Assembly: GCA_900128395.1 (NCBI GenBank)
Contig: LT649281.1
Span: 1-46,291 of the forward strand
DNA: 46,291 nt
Direction: 5' to 3'
DNA from: Stramenopiles sp. TOSAG23-2
Lineage: Eukaryota
In this document: positions 1-9,800 of the stretch, one piece after another
How positions within the stretch are numbered: position 1 is the stretch's first letter
How the letters are laid out: each line of letters begins with the position of its first letter
The notes under the pieces: model-generated
Databases searched by the model: none
What the model was told of the DNA's origin: nothing
Seen by the model: only the letters and a program-made list of their open reading frames with translations
Translations under genes and position numbers: made by a program

Positions 1-76
1 GTATTGTTTGTTTTTAACAATTCACCAATAGCTAATGCATCCTCATCCGTGAGATGATTTCCCACCAAATTCACAT
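1..76 (-). repeat. First unit of an RNI-like LRR array running off the window edge
   Basis: Reverse strand reads NVNLVGNHLTDEDALAIGELLKTNNT, the same IGELLKTNN entry unit seen at about 22210-22240 and 45970-46000. It is in a different frame from ORF 43..633. Confidence 0.85.
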
Positions 77-633
77 TCTTTTTCATATTGTACCATAAAA
101 GTAACAAAACTATCAGGTAAACAACATTGTAATAAACGATAAAATGGCATACATACATCTAAAAATAATGGTGCAATTATGATAAATGGCGATGCACATA
201 GGCAATCTATAGTGTCCCATTCTTTCTCTTTTCTTAAATACACTACAATGCCAACAATAGCAATGAAGTGATTTAAACATAAAAAACCAAGTGTGAGTTT
301 ATACCAATCCATATGATTATTATTTAAAAATATAAATAATAAATTGACATCACTAATTATATCAAAAAAATACAATCCTATATTAATTATAGCAAGACCA
401 ATGCCTATGCCACGAAAACAACATGGATTATTTTGTTTTATCTCCTCTGCTTTTTTTTTCAAATAACTTTTTTGACGTTTCATTTTATTTTTAATACTTT
501 TTGGTGCAACTTTTTCCATTCCCACAATGGCCCCACTAACAACTGCACCACCAACAGTAACAGTGGTTAACAATGCATCCCCTGTATTTAAACCAGATTC
601 AATATCAACGGATGTAATCGATGACGATGGCAT
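43..633 (-). CDS. Multi-pass membrane protein (XK-related-like), truncated or frameshifted into the LRR array
   Basis: 196-aa ORF with 3-4 hydrophobic helices and LYFFDIISDVNLL, resembling the DxxSD helix of XK-family proteins. After FMVQYEK the sequence switches to out-of-frame LRR sequence. Confidence 0.6.
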   Translation of the reverse strand: MPSSSITSVDIESGLNTGDALLTTVTVGGAVVSGAIVGMEKVAPKSIKNKMKRQKSYLKKKAEEIKQNNPCCFRGIGIGLAIINIGLYFFDIISDVNLLFIFLNNNHMDWYKLTLGFLCLNHFIAIVGIVVYLRKEKEWDTIDCLCASPFIIIAPLFLDVCMPFYRLLQCCLPDSFVTFMVQYEKECEFGGKSSHG

Positions 634-947
634 TATATAATATGTATGTATAAATATATCTTTGTTTTATTTCGTGTTGTGTTATAACTATGAATAACTA
701 TAAATAACAATAAATGATTCAAATGATTTGTTTGTTTATTATCTTCTTTCTTTCTTTCTTTCTCTTGTCGTCACCATCTCTCTCTGCATCAACTACATGT
801 TTAAATGTGTGTTTGTGTGTGTAACGAACTATGTGATCTTCCTCTCTTATTTATCATCTTGAGCCTTTAGCTGTGATAACACTTCATTTTTGTATTCTAA
901 TACCCTCTTTAAGTACAAAATAGAAATTTAATTATATCAATAGGTGA

Positions 948-1101
948 AATAAGAAGGGTGTAAATTACATAGTGATACGTTATATTTTATGGTATAAAAC
1001 TACCTGCCAGGCTAAAATTTTGATAATAAGAAGGGTGTAAATTACATAGTGATACGTTATATTTTATGGTATAAAACTACCTGCCAGGCTAAAATTTTGA
1101 T
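948..1101. repeat. Perfect 77-bp tandem duplication
   Basis: aataagaagggtg...aaaattttgat occurs at 948-1024 and 1025-1101. Confidence 0.95.
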
Positions 1102-1384
1102 AGGGCAAAAGAATTTTACAAAAACTATTTTAAGACGGAAGGAGTTTTACAAAAAAAAAGTCCATTTGTGCATTTATTCAAAAACTTTAAACTACGACAA
1201 ATTGCGACAAATTCACTGCAAATTTGTTGTTGACTGCGTTTGTATTTTAGGAAGAGAGTCGTCCACTGGAAATAGATTCAAATCTCTGAGAAATGTCACT
1301 GTAAAATAAAACAGAGGACGTACTTTCTTGTAATCATCATATATTCTCATCTATCTCTCATATATATTTTTAAAACCCACATTT

Positions 1385-2710
1385 TCACAACTTGGAAACA
1401 TCATCACCACCACCTAAATATTCCGCATGTGCCCAATCAAACCTTGACATCATCTTTGCATTTTTTGTATATTTCCAACTAAAATTTCGATTTCGTGGTA
1501 AATTATTCATTGATAATTCTTCCACTAAATAATGTCCCTCTTTCTTTGAATTAATAAATGGGTCCATATTGTTTCCATCTACCATACCTAATCCACCCGC
1601 AGATCCAGAATATCCCATTAATCGAATTAATTTATCCGAACATTTATCTAATACAGCATCTGAAACAGCTGCAATTTGATTTTCTTGTTGTCGTAAAAAT
1701 CCACGATTGTATAATATACGAGCTGCATAACGTGTTCCATCTGCAGTTCTTCTTCCACCACTATGCAATAACCTTGAATCTGTTATAAATGCAGTCCCGG
1801 CCGGTGCATTTAATGCAAATAAATTATTATTTTCTGCCATTTGTTCAAATTCCGTCCCTGGAAAGACCCTGTTTAAACCATTTTCATCCATATGTGATCC
1901 AGGCACTATGTATGTACCACCATTTTCAACACTAAAATCAGTATATAACCATATAATTAAACATGCAGCTGGATAATTTGGATGTGGTAATGGAACAAAA
2001 CCTTGATCTTGATGCATATCTTGCAATCCACCACCTTTATTAACAATGCTACCATGTGCAGTACCTAAATAATAATCACGTCCTAATATTTTCTTTAATA
2101 ATTTCTCTGTTAAACCATCATCATTTAAATGCGTTGGATTTAATTCCACTAATTTCCTAAAAACTTCACCTTTTGGTATAAGATTAAAAAGTGTTTGTCC
2201 AGCACCTCGATGAGACATATGTGCAACTCCACATTCACGCTCTGCTGCACCTTGATCGATGATACGATCTATTTGTAGTTGGCATTGTTCTGGTGTCATT
2301 GCATCTTTTATTAAACAATAACCATAACGCATGAAATCATATTCTAATTGTGTTTGATCTCGTGTTGGTTTTGGTAAATTTGGAATTTCAGTTGTATTCC
2401 GTATTTTTCCTTCATTCAACATTCGTTTTGTAATTTTAATTAATCTTGCACCACTTGATGGTTGCTTATGGTATTTAATTTCAGTATTAATAGGGCCACC
2501 ATCTTGCCCGACACGAAAATGTTCATTGACATTAGGTCGTATGGATCCTTCCTTTGATGTAATAATAATATTATTTTTTGCAAGTTCACGTTTCAAACGT
2601 TCAACTTCTAAACGCAATTCTTTAATTTCTTCCTCTTTTGACATATATGGTGCAGTTGTTACACCTTGTTCAATTAACCTATTCTCCTCTTCCATTTTCT
2701 TTGATGACAT
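1385..2710 (-). CDS. Phytanoyl-CoA dioxygenase (PhyH)-family Fe(II)/2-oxoglutarate dioxygenase
   Basis: 441 aa. YGYCLIKDAMTPEQ, metal ligands MHQDQG and LLHSGG, ENGGTYIVPGSH, distal Arg (TRYAAR) and FLRQQEN. Confidence 0.9.
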   Translation of the reverse strand: MSSKKMEEENRLIEQGVTTAPYMSKEEEIKELRLEVERLKRELAKNNIIITSKEGSIRPNVNEHFRVGQDGGPINTEIKYHKQPSSGARLIKITKRMLNEGKIRNTTEIPNLPKPTRDQTQLEYDFMRYGYCLIKDAMTPEQCQLQIDRIIDQGAAERECGVAHMSHRGAGQTLFNLIPKGEVFRKLVELNPTHLNDDGLTEKLLKKILGRDYYLGTAHGSIVNKGGGLQDMHQDQGFVPLPHPNYPAACLIIWLYTDFSVENGGTYIVPGSHMDENGLNRVFPGTEFEQMAENNNLFALNAPAGTAFITDSRLLHSGGRRTADGTRYAARILYNRGFLRQQENQIAAVSDAVLDKCSDKLIRLMGYSGSAGGLGMVDGNNMDPFINSKKEGHYLVEELSMNNLPRNRNFSWKYTKNAKMMSRFDWAHAEYLGGGDDVSKL

Positions 2711-3076
2711 ATGGTCTATCGTTTATTATGAATCACAATCCTTGTTTGTTTCGTATCTTGCTATCGTTAGTAGTATAAGTATTGTTTCTCTGTTCTCAAA
2801 AATACAAATGATTAAATGGCTACACAGTATTATTATATAATATTGTTATAAGGCAACTGTTTCTCTCTCTCTCTCTCTGCCATATACAAGTGAGAGGATG
2901 TATATATTTCTTTCTACATCACCATTTACATTCATATATTGACGATTGACGACACAACTAGTTGGACGGAACTTTTTGGAGAATAGTATAAAATAGCATT
3001 AAGATAGCAGGGTGAATATTATCCAAATAGGAAAATATATACTTAGTAGAATACATATAAAATATAAAAAACGGGA

Positions 3077-3520
3077 AAAACACCCAAAAATGGAAAAAAA
3101 ATGGTGATTTCCATGCTGATGGATTGATTCATACGTATAATATCCGGATATATACCACATACTGGTAAATGTATTTATATATTTGATGGTTAAAATCTAT
3201 AAGTTATAATATTTTTACATTTTACACTTCTCGTGTTAAAGTAATATATTCTCAATACTCAATCGCAAGAATAATATGTTATCCTACTATAAATGTATTT
3301 ATATATGGTATTTATGGTGTAAATATATAGTACGTATATACATGGAGATTTGTACAAAGAAGGATGGGCGTATTGGAAAACCAAAAATGGAAAAAAAAAT
3401 GGTGGTGATTCATTGATTCATATATATCCGGATACTGGTAAATGTATTTATATATGGTATTTATGGTAACATATATATAGTATGTACATATGGAGATGTG
3501 TACATAAGAAGGATGGGCGA
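3077..3520. repeat. Degenerate local duplications in the intergenic region
   Basis: ccaaaaatggaaaaaaaatggtg...atactggtaaatgtatttatata at about 3084-3182 and 3381-3454. aaatgtatttatatatggtatttatggt...aagaaggatgggcg at about 3291-3370 and 3439-3519. Confidence 0.75.
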
Positions 3521-3543
3521 ACTTCAATACTTGTGTATTTACC

Positions 3544-3821
3544 TGGAATAATACCCCATCACTACTCAGGAAACCCCGCTATCACTAGCTTTGAATTCAT
3601 TTCTAGCTTCACTTTTGGGTTGATTTAGTTTTTGTTTCATCCACCAGTTCCGTATATTTTTGTTTCGTTTTCCCCCTATGTTCCAAATATTTTTGGAATA
3701 ATACCCCATCACTAGCTTTGAATTCATTTCTAGATTAACTTTTGGGTTGATTTAGTTTTTGTTTCATCCACCAGTTCCGTATATTTTTGTTTCGTTTCCC
3801 CCCTATGTTCCAAATATTTTT
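3544..3821. repeat. Diverged tandem duplication of the 3' end of the GT25 gene (two variants)
   Basis: tggaataataccccatcacta...ttccaaatattttt occurs twice (about 3544-3694 and 3694-3821). The copies differ by a 23-bp indel and a few substitutions, one of them at the stop codon. Confidence 0.9.
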
Positions 3822-4904
3822 GCTTGGTTTTATCCCCGTGTATATATTTTTTTTCATCTTCCATGTATTTTTTTTTATTTGTTTATTCGACGACTTAAAT
3901 GGTACCCAGTTCCATAAGTTTTTTATTTGTTTACTCGACCACCAATCAGGTGGGAAATCGTAGTTCGCCAAAGTGATGTTATTCTCATTATAATACGACA
4001 CCCAATTTGTATAAGAACCATCTGTTGATGATATTTTTTTAATATCCGCGGTGATTAGCATTGGGTTTAATACTACACTTTTAAATCCGGGAGTTTCTTG
4101 AAATTCCTCGACAAATATATCATCTATTGGTCTATCATCATATTCAAATGATAAAATAATATCATATATACTTTCATCGACACCTACTGCAAAATTACCA
4201 TATGCTCGTATAGCAGGAATGTTATGAGGCGATATAATTTCTTTCCTCCAATGATAGGAAGAGCCTAAATACAACAGATTCCAATGTCTATATTTCCTAT
4301 GCATAATTTGATCATATTGTCTGTGAAATGCATATTTAAAACGTTTTAAGAAAACTAAATCATCTTCACATATTAATATTTTTTTATAATGGTGTTTCTT
4401 TGCATCTTTAACAATATTCATTTGTGTTTGTTTTAGACCAACAGCCCCCTTATTACCAGATCTTAACATCGTTATATTAATTACATCGGGTATTCCGTCG
4501 ATTGCCTGAAAAATTTGGTAGGATATGCCATATTTTTTAAACTTCCTCTGCATTATTTCAAGATTACGTTTATCTTTTTTTCTATTGATTAAATATACTT
4601 GATCGAACACATTATTGACTGTATAATCTTGATTCGTATGGAGGTAGTCGTGCCGCAGGTAAAACTTCACCGGTTGGGTAACGGTTTGCGGAACAATTTC
4701 AACGTTATTGTCATTATAACTGAATGAATCATGTACTATTAATGGCGGTTGATGAAATGCATCTAAATTTCTATTGTCTGTTTTTGAATGTCTAACATGA
4801 TACATGACGTACATATAGTACATCAGGATATCTATCAAGATTTGTTGTATTACTAACGTACACAATAATATTGATACTACACGTGACAGACCCAAACATT
4901 TCAT
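3735..4904 (-). CDS. Glycosyltransferase family 25 (Lex2/LgtB/COLGALT-like), type II membrane protein
   Basis: N-terminal hydrophobic anchor, VYLINRKKDKRN, FQAIDG, ILICEDD, WNLLYLG and RPIDD motifs. Confidence 0.85.
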   Translation of the reverse strand: MKCLGLSRVVSILLCTLVIQQILIDILMYYMYVMYHVRHSKTDNRNLDAFHQPPLIVHDSFSYNDNNVEIVPQTVTQPVKFYLRHDYLHTNQDYTVNNVFDQVYLINRKKDKRNLEIMQRKFKKYGISYQIFQAIDGIPDVINITMLRSGNKGAVGLKQTQMNIVKDAKKHHYKKILICEDDLVFLKRFKYAFHRQYDQIMHRKYRHWNLLYLGSSYHWRKEIISPHNIPAIRAYGNFAVGVDESIYDIILSFEYDDRPIDDIFVEEFQETPGFKSVVLNPMLITADIKKISSTDGSYTNWVSYYNENNITLANYDFPPDWWSSKQIKNLWNWVPFKSSNKQIKKNTWKMKKNIYTGIKPSKNIWNIGGKRNKNIRNWWMKQKLNQPKS

Positions 4905-5185
4905 GTTTGGATTTTTTCGGTTTCTTTTATTACGTGAATGCCGCCATGCACTTGTACTTTATATATATATATATATGAGAAGGAAATTCGTTGTTGGATG
5001 CCAATATATATATTAATGGCCGCCATATATGAGAAGATGTGAGCTCCCAGAGCTATACTAATAGGTTGCAATACGTATACATTCTTCATGATTTTTTAGG
5101 ATGATGATAGATATAAACTAAAACAGCAGGTGGTAGCTCAGTGCTAGGAGAAAACTGATGTACACTTAACACTTAACAAATAGTC

Positions 5186-5341
5186 TAACACTATTCACTA
5201 TTCTAACTATGGGAAAAATAGGTATATATATCGTTTTCTAAAATGCCAATTTTATTTTTCATATGTAGTTGTAAAAAATAGCAAAATATCCGAAAATATA
5301 GAAAAAATGATTGAATATTTCCCCCATAGTGAATAGTGTTA
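5186..5341. mobile_element. Short non-coding element with inverted repeats (MITE-like)
   Basis: Perfect 16-bp inverted repeat taacactattcactat (5186-5201) / atagtgaatagtgtta (5326-5341), extended imperfectly by actatgggaaaaata / tatttcccccatagt. The same 16-mer recurs at 23220-23235. Confidence 0.45.
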
Positions 5342-5588
5342 AGTGCACAAGTTTTCTCACGCAGCCAATATAACATTAAACTTATCCGCAACAAAGATAT
5401 TTGATATTTTGACAACATAAACGTATAATACACGATAAACGATTGGATCATAATAAAATCTCCAGTATTGCTTTCTGCAATTTATTGTTATTAATAATAC
5501 ATATTTATAATAAATCTCTAATTTCACATTTGTATATTCATTATTAATTTTTACATCATTTTTTGCAAATTATTCATTATTAAATATT

Positions 5589-6605
5589 ATGGCTTCAGCA
5601 GTGAAACAAAATTTAAAAATAGTTGCCTATGTACATAAAAGTTTTCATAATTTATTATTTCCAAAAATTGAAGCGTTAAGTCCATATGCAACGATTGTAA
5701 ATGCTGGATATGATATTGAAAATTATAATGAGGAGAAATTAAAAGATGCAAATGTACTTGTATTACATGGACATGCTGGACATGCATTTGAAATATTATA
5801 TAAAAAAATGCCAAAACTGCAATGGGTGCATAGTTGCAGTGCAGGTGTTGATTGGTTGTTTAATTCAGGATGTGGTGAAGATTTTAAAAAGAATGAAACA
5901 CAAGTATTGACAAATGCAAAAGGTTGCTATTCATTATCATTAGCTGAATATACGATTGGTGCAATGTTATATTTTGAAAAACAATTTCCACGTTTACAGC
6001 AACAACGAAAAGATCGTAAATGGAAAGGATTTATTATGAATCAATTGCCAGGGAAAACATTAGGTATTGTTGGATATGGAGATATTGGACAACAATGTGC
6101 TAAATTAGCAAAACCATTTGGTTTAAATATCATTGGTTTACGTAGAAGTCCAGAAAAAAGCAATGGTGATCCAAATATTACAAAATGTTTACCAATTGAT
6201 CAATTGAATCAATTAATACCATTATGTGATTTTATAGTTGTTGCATGTGCATTAACAGATGAGACAGTTGGTTTAATTGGTGAAGAACAATTGAAATTAA
6301 TGAAAGAATCATGTGTTGTTATTAACATGGCACGTGGACCATGTATCGATGAAGATAAATTAATTGATGCATTGAGAGATGGAAAAATCAAAGGCGCAGC
6401 TTTAGATGTAACAACGATAGAACCATTGCCAAAAGATAGTAAATTGTGGGATATACCAGATGATAGATTATTATTATCACCCCATAATGCCGATAGGACG
6501 GAAGATATGACAGAAAATACATTGGATTTATTTGTTGAGAAAATCAAATATTATCAAAAACATGTGAAGCATGAATTTGTTGTGAATAAAATTACCATGT
6601 ATTGA
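5589..6605 (+). CDS. D-isomer-specific 2-hydroxyacid dehydrogenase (NAD(P)-binding)
   Basis: 338 aa. LQWVHSCSAGVD, GIVGYGDIG Rossmann motif, INMARG, ALDVTTIEPLP and SPHNA provide the Arg/Glu/His triad. Confidence 0.95.
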   Translation: MASAVKQNLKIVAYVHKSFHNLLFPKIEALSPYATIVNAGYDIENYNEEKLKDANVLVLHGHAGHAFEILYKKMPKLQWVHSCSAGVDWLFNSGCGEDFKKNETQVLTNAKGCYSLSLAEYTIGAMLYFEKQFPRLQQQRKDRKWKGFIMNQLPGKTLGIVGYGDIGQQCAKLAKPFGLNIIGLRRSPEKSNGDPNITKCLPIDQLNQLIPLCDFIVVACALTDETVGLIGEEQLKLMKESCVVINMARGPCIDEDKLIDALRDGKIKGAALDVTTIEPLPKDSKLWDIPDDRLLLSPHNADRTEDMTENTLDLFVEKIKYYQKHVKHEFVVNKITMY

Positions 6606-6869
6606 GTTGCAAAGAGGGTATTAAAGAGAGAGAGAGAAGAGATAAAAGTTAAGAAAACACCCCGTTGAGATATATAAACATGTTTACAAAACGGTAAAAA
6701 ATATTATATACCCTGAAGCTGTGTTGAAAAAGGTAAAATACATTTTACACACATAAAATATTACACTCTATACACTATATTACTTCGTACTGTGTTGCTG
6801 GGTTTCCCATAACACACACAATTTTTATATATATATTTTTTTGTACGCAAAATCGCACACACATTTCTG

Positions 6870-9800
6870 TCACACCAAGGGTTCTTCCTCTTCCTCTCCC
6901 ACTTCTTTTTTTGTTCTACCCATTGTTGTACCACCCTTTACAAAGGTTTCCATTTCCATCTGTTCTTTCAAACGTTTTTCTTTCCTTTGTCTTCTTCGTT
7001 CATCTTTTTTCTTCTTTTCAAGTTCTTTTTGTCGTTGTAATCTTTCTAACCATTTTTTATTTCTCCATTCTAATTTACTTGCAAGACGTTGTATTTTAGC
7101 TTTTCGACGTTGTAGCACTGGTGATGATATTGCACCATAACCTCTATCAATAAACACATTATAAACACATTGTATAGATCGATTACTTGGATTTAATGAT
7201 GTAGCTTTTTGATAACATAAATGGGCTTCGTAATAATCTTTACGTACAATTTGTAAAAATATTCCTCGAGCTAATAACGATTTGGACATTGCAATATTCT
7301 TTGCTTGATATCGATGTTTTCGTATTGATAATTGCAATATTTGTCGATCAAAAATGTCATAGAAGGGCTCACCCATATCAGTTTCCATTATAAATGATTC
7401 CATACTTTCTATTCGATGTTCTACTTCCTCCTCATCTTCAACTTCAGCAAAATTTAACAATAAATTTCCAAATTGTAATGAATCACCTAATGGCATTTGA
7501 GAAACAAAATTTTCATATGCCCATCTTGCTTTTTTATAATTATGTAAGAATAAATGCAAATAAAATACATATGCCTCAATAGCTTTTGGTTCAAAATCAC
7601 TTGTGGATTCAATTTCATCATTTGAGTCTTCATCTTCCTCCGTTGAATCTTCGTCTGAGGAACTATAATCTTCCGAATTGTAATCCACACCTCTTTTCTT
7701 ACAATCAAGCAAACGTTTATACTTTACTAAACTGATTGGCTCTAATTTATTCCCGATTAATTTCTTGTTATGTTTCTCCCATGCTTTTTGTAGTTTAGCC
7801 ATTACTTTCTCTTGTGCTTCATGTTTTAATTTTGCTTCTACTGCAATAGTAATTCGCTCAACGAACAATTTTTGTTTGACAAGTAATTTAAATGTTTCAC
7901 CAGCACTTTGATCTCTAGAACTAATACCTCGGAAACATGATTGTATTTTCGTAGCCGCTCTTCGTCTTTCACGTATATCATCTGTGATCACAGCAATCAT
8001 AGATTCTACATGTTCAATTTGAGCATCATCTGGGCAAGGCATTCCTACATGTGTTGTCTCATTTGTAGTTTGACACCACCAATACGTTAAGCCGGATTCT
8101 TCATCTTCTGGATCATCAACTTCAATCCACTGCTTTGCTTCCCTCGCATTTACAAGTGATTCATGAACTTGTTTTAAATTATTCAACGCCTCATGCCGTT
8201 TACTATACAAAACATAATCACAAACAGCTTTGTTGATATTACCGGATGGATTATTATAATGTATTAATGCGTATCTATTGAAATAAATATCATAAAAATA
8301 ATGAAACGATTCTGCTTTTGGATCTAATAATACTGTAGGCTTTAACAAATTTTTCAGTTCCACTTTTTTTTTTGGTGTTGTTAAAAAGTGTACTATTGCT
8401 TTTAAGAAAATTAATAATGGTTGTTCCGGTTTTCGTTCCTTCTTCTTCTTCTTCTCAATGATTTTTCCTTCCACTTCCACATCAGTAGAAGTAGTAGCAG
8501 TAGTATCATCATCACCGATATCACGTTGCCCCGCTAAAATTTCCTTTGCAAGTTCATAGTTTTGTTTATATGCAATTTGATACGATACATAATTTATTAT
8601 ATTACTAATACTATTTGCATTTCGATTAAATCTAGCGACCACTCCTGATGTTTGATGTTGCAATTTCCATAAAATGGTTTTAAATTTAATTGTACGAAGT
8701 AATAGCAATTCACCAAAATATATACCGCTGTGTTTAATTGCTAAAAAGCGTCTCATTTGTCTTTGTATCTTAACAGCAGCCCAATATCTTCTTGAATACC
8801 ACATACATAGGTTTAAAAAATATCGAGCTCTTTGATTTCTCCAAAATTGCTGTAATTTGGTAGACATAACATATATTTTATACAACCTTGCCTTCTCTCT
8901 ACCTAATATGCCTCTAAAATATGCTTGGATACATATAGCAGCAAAATTATTTTTTGCATTTAGTTTACGTTTCTTGCTATTTATGAAATCAAGTGCTATA
9001 TATTTAACCTCTTCCGTTAAATTCCCTTCCTCATATAATGTCCTTTCCCATTTCGATAGTTCGTATTTATCTTTCACAACACGTTTTACCATTTTTTTTC
9101 TATCATGCAGTTCCAAATTTGCTACGAGCATTTGGAGCAACTTATCACCTTTATCTCTCCACCCAGGAACTTTACGATGATACCATAATACTGGATAATC
9201 TAGAAATAACTCTCTTATTTCTTTGTATTGGAACCATAATTTGTATTCATTACCATCTTCAGAAACTGCTAAAATTCTTAACCCACCATTATCATCTTGT
9301 GAGACTACCAACGATAAATATACTTGTCGTTGAGTTGTCAATATGGTCATTTTTGGATATGGTTCTTGTTTAAATTTAATATCTAACTTTTGACCTCGGC
9401 CTTTTACTGTTGTCATCACAAGCATTGGTAAAAATGCTTTTGCTAGTTGTTCTCCATATCTTGGTCTTAATAATCTTGGACGATCCAAACGGTATAAAAT
9501 TTCATTTACTTCTTTTGCCATTACAATACGACGATATTCTTTAATGCCCCTGATTGCATATCGTAGATTATTTTTACCAGCTTTTGCAAGCTCCTCCCGT
9601 TTTTTCCGTACACGATCCCATAATTGACCACTTATAAGTAAATTATCGCCACTTCGAAGCACCCTGATCTCAAGTTTAATATCATCTACGCGCCTTTTTG
9701 TTACACATAATAAATTGTGAAAAGAATCCCCACTTTTAATATTATCATCTTGAATTCGTTGAAACAATTGGCAATGCTCTGCAATTGGATGTGTCCGTGG

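Noticed and set aside
76-91. A 16-nt GT...AG micro-intron that would fuse the XK-like ORF in frame to the LRR
   Set aside because: All supported introns here are over 100 nt with GTAAGT/GTATGT donors and CTAAC. This one has neither and would remove coding-looking VQYEK.
1049-1309. Short intergenic ORFs such as 1049..1309, 3312..3527, 13204..13491, 23058..23953 and 40185..40549
   Set aside because: No recognisable motifs, many use non-ATG starts, and they are made of low-complexity AT-rich or duplicated sequence.
5128-5150. tRNA-like A-box (ggtagctcagtg)
   Set aside because: No T-arm/B-box or cloverleaf follows.
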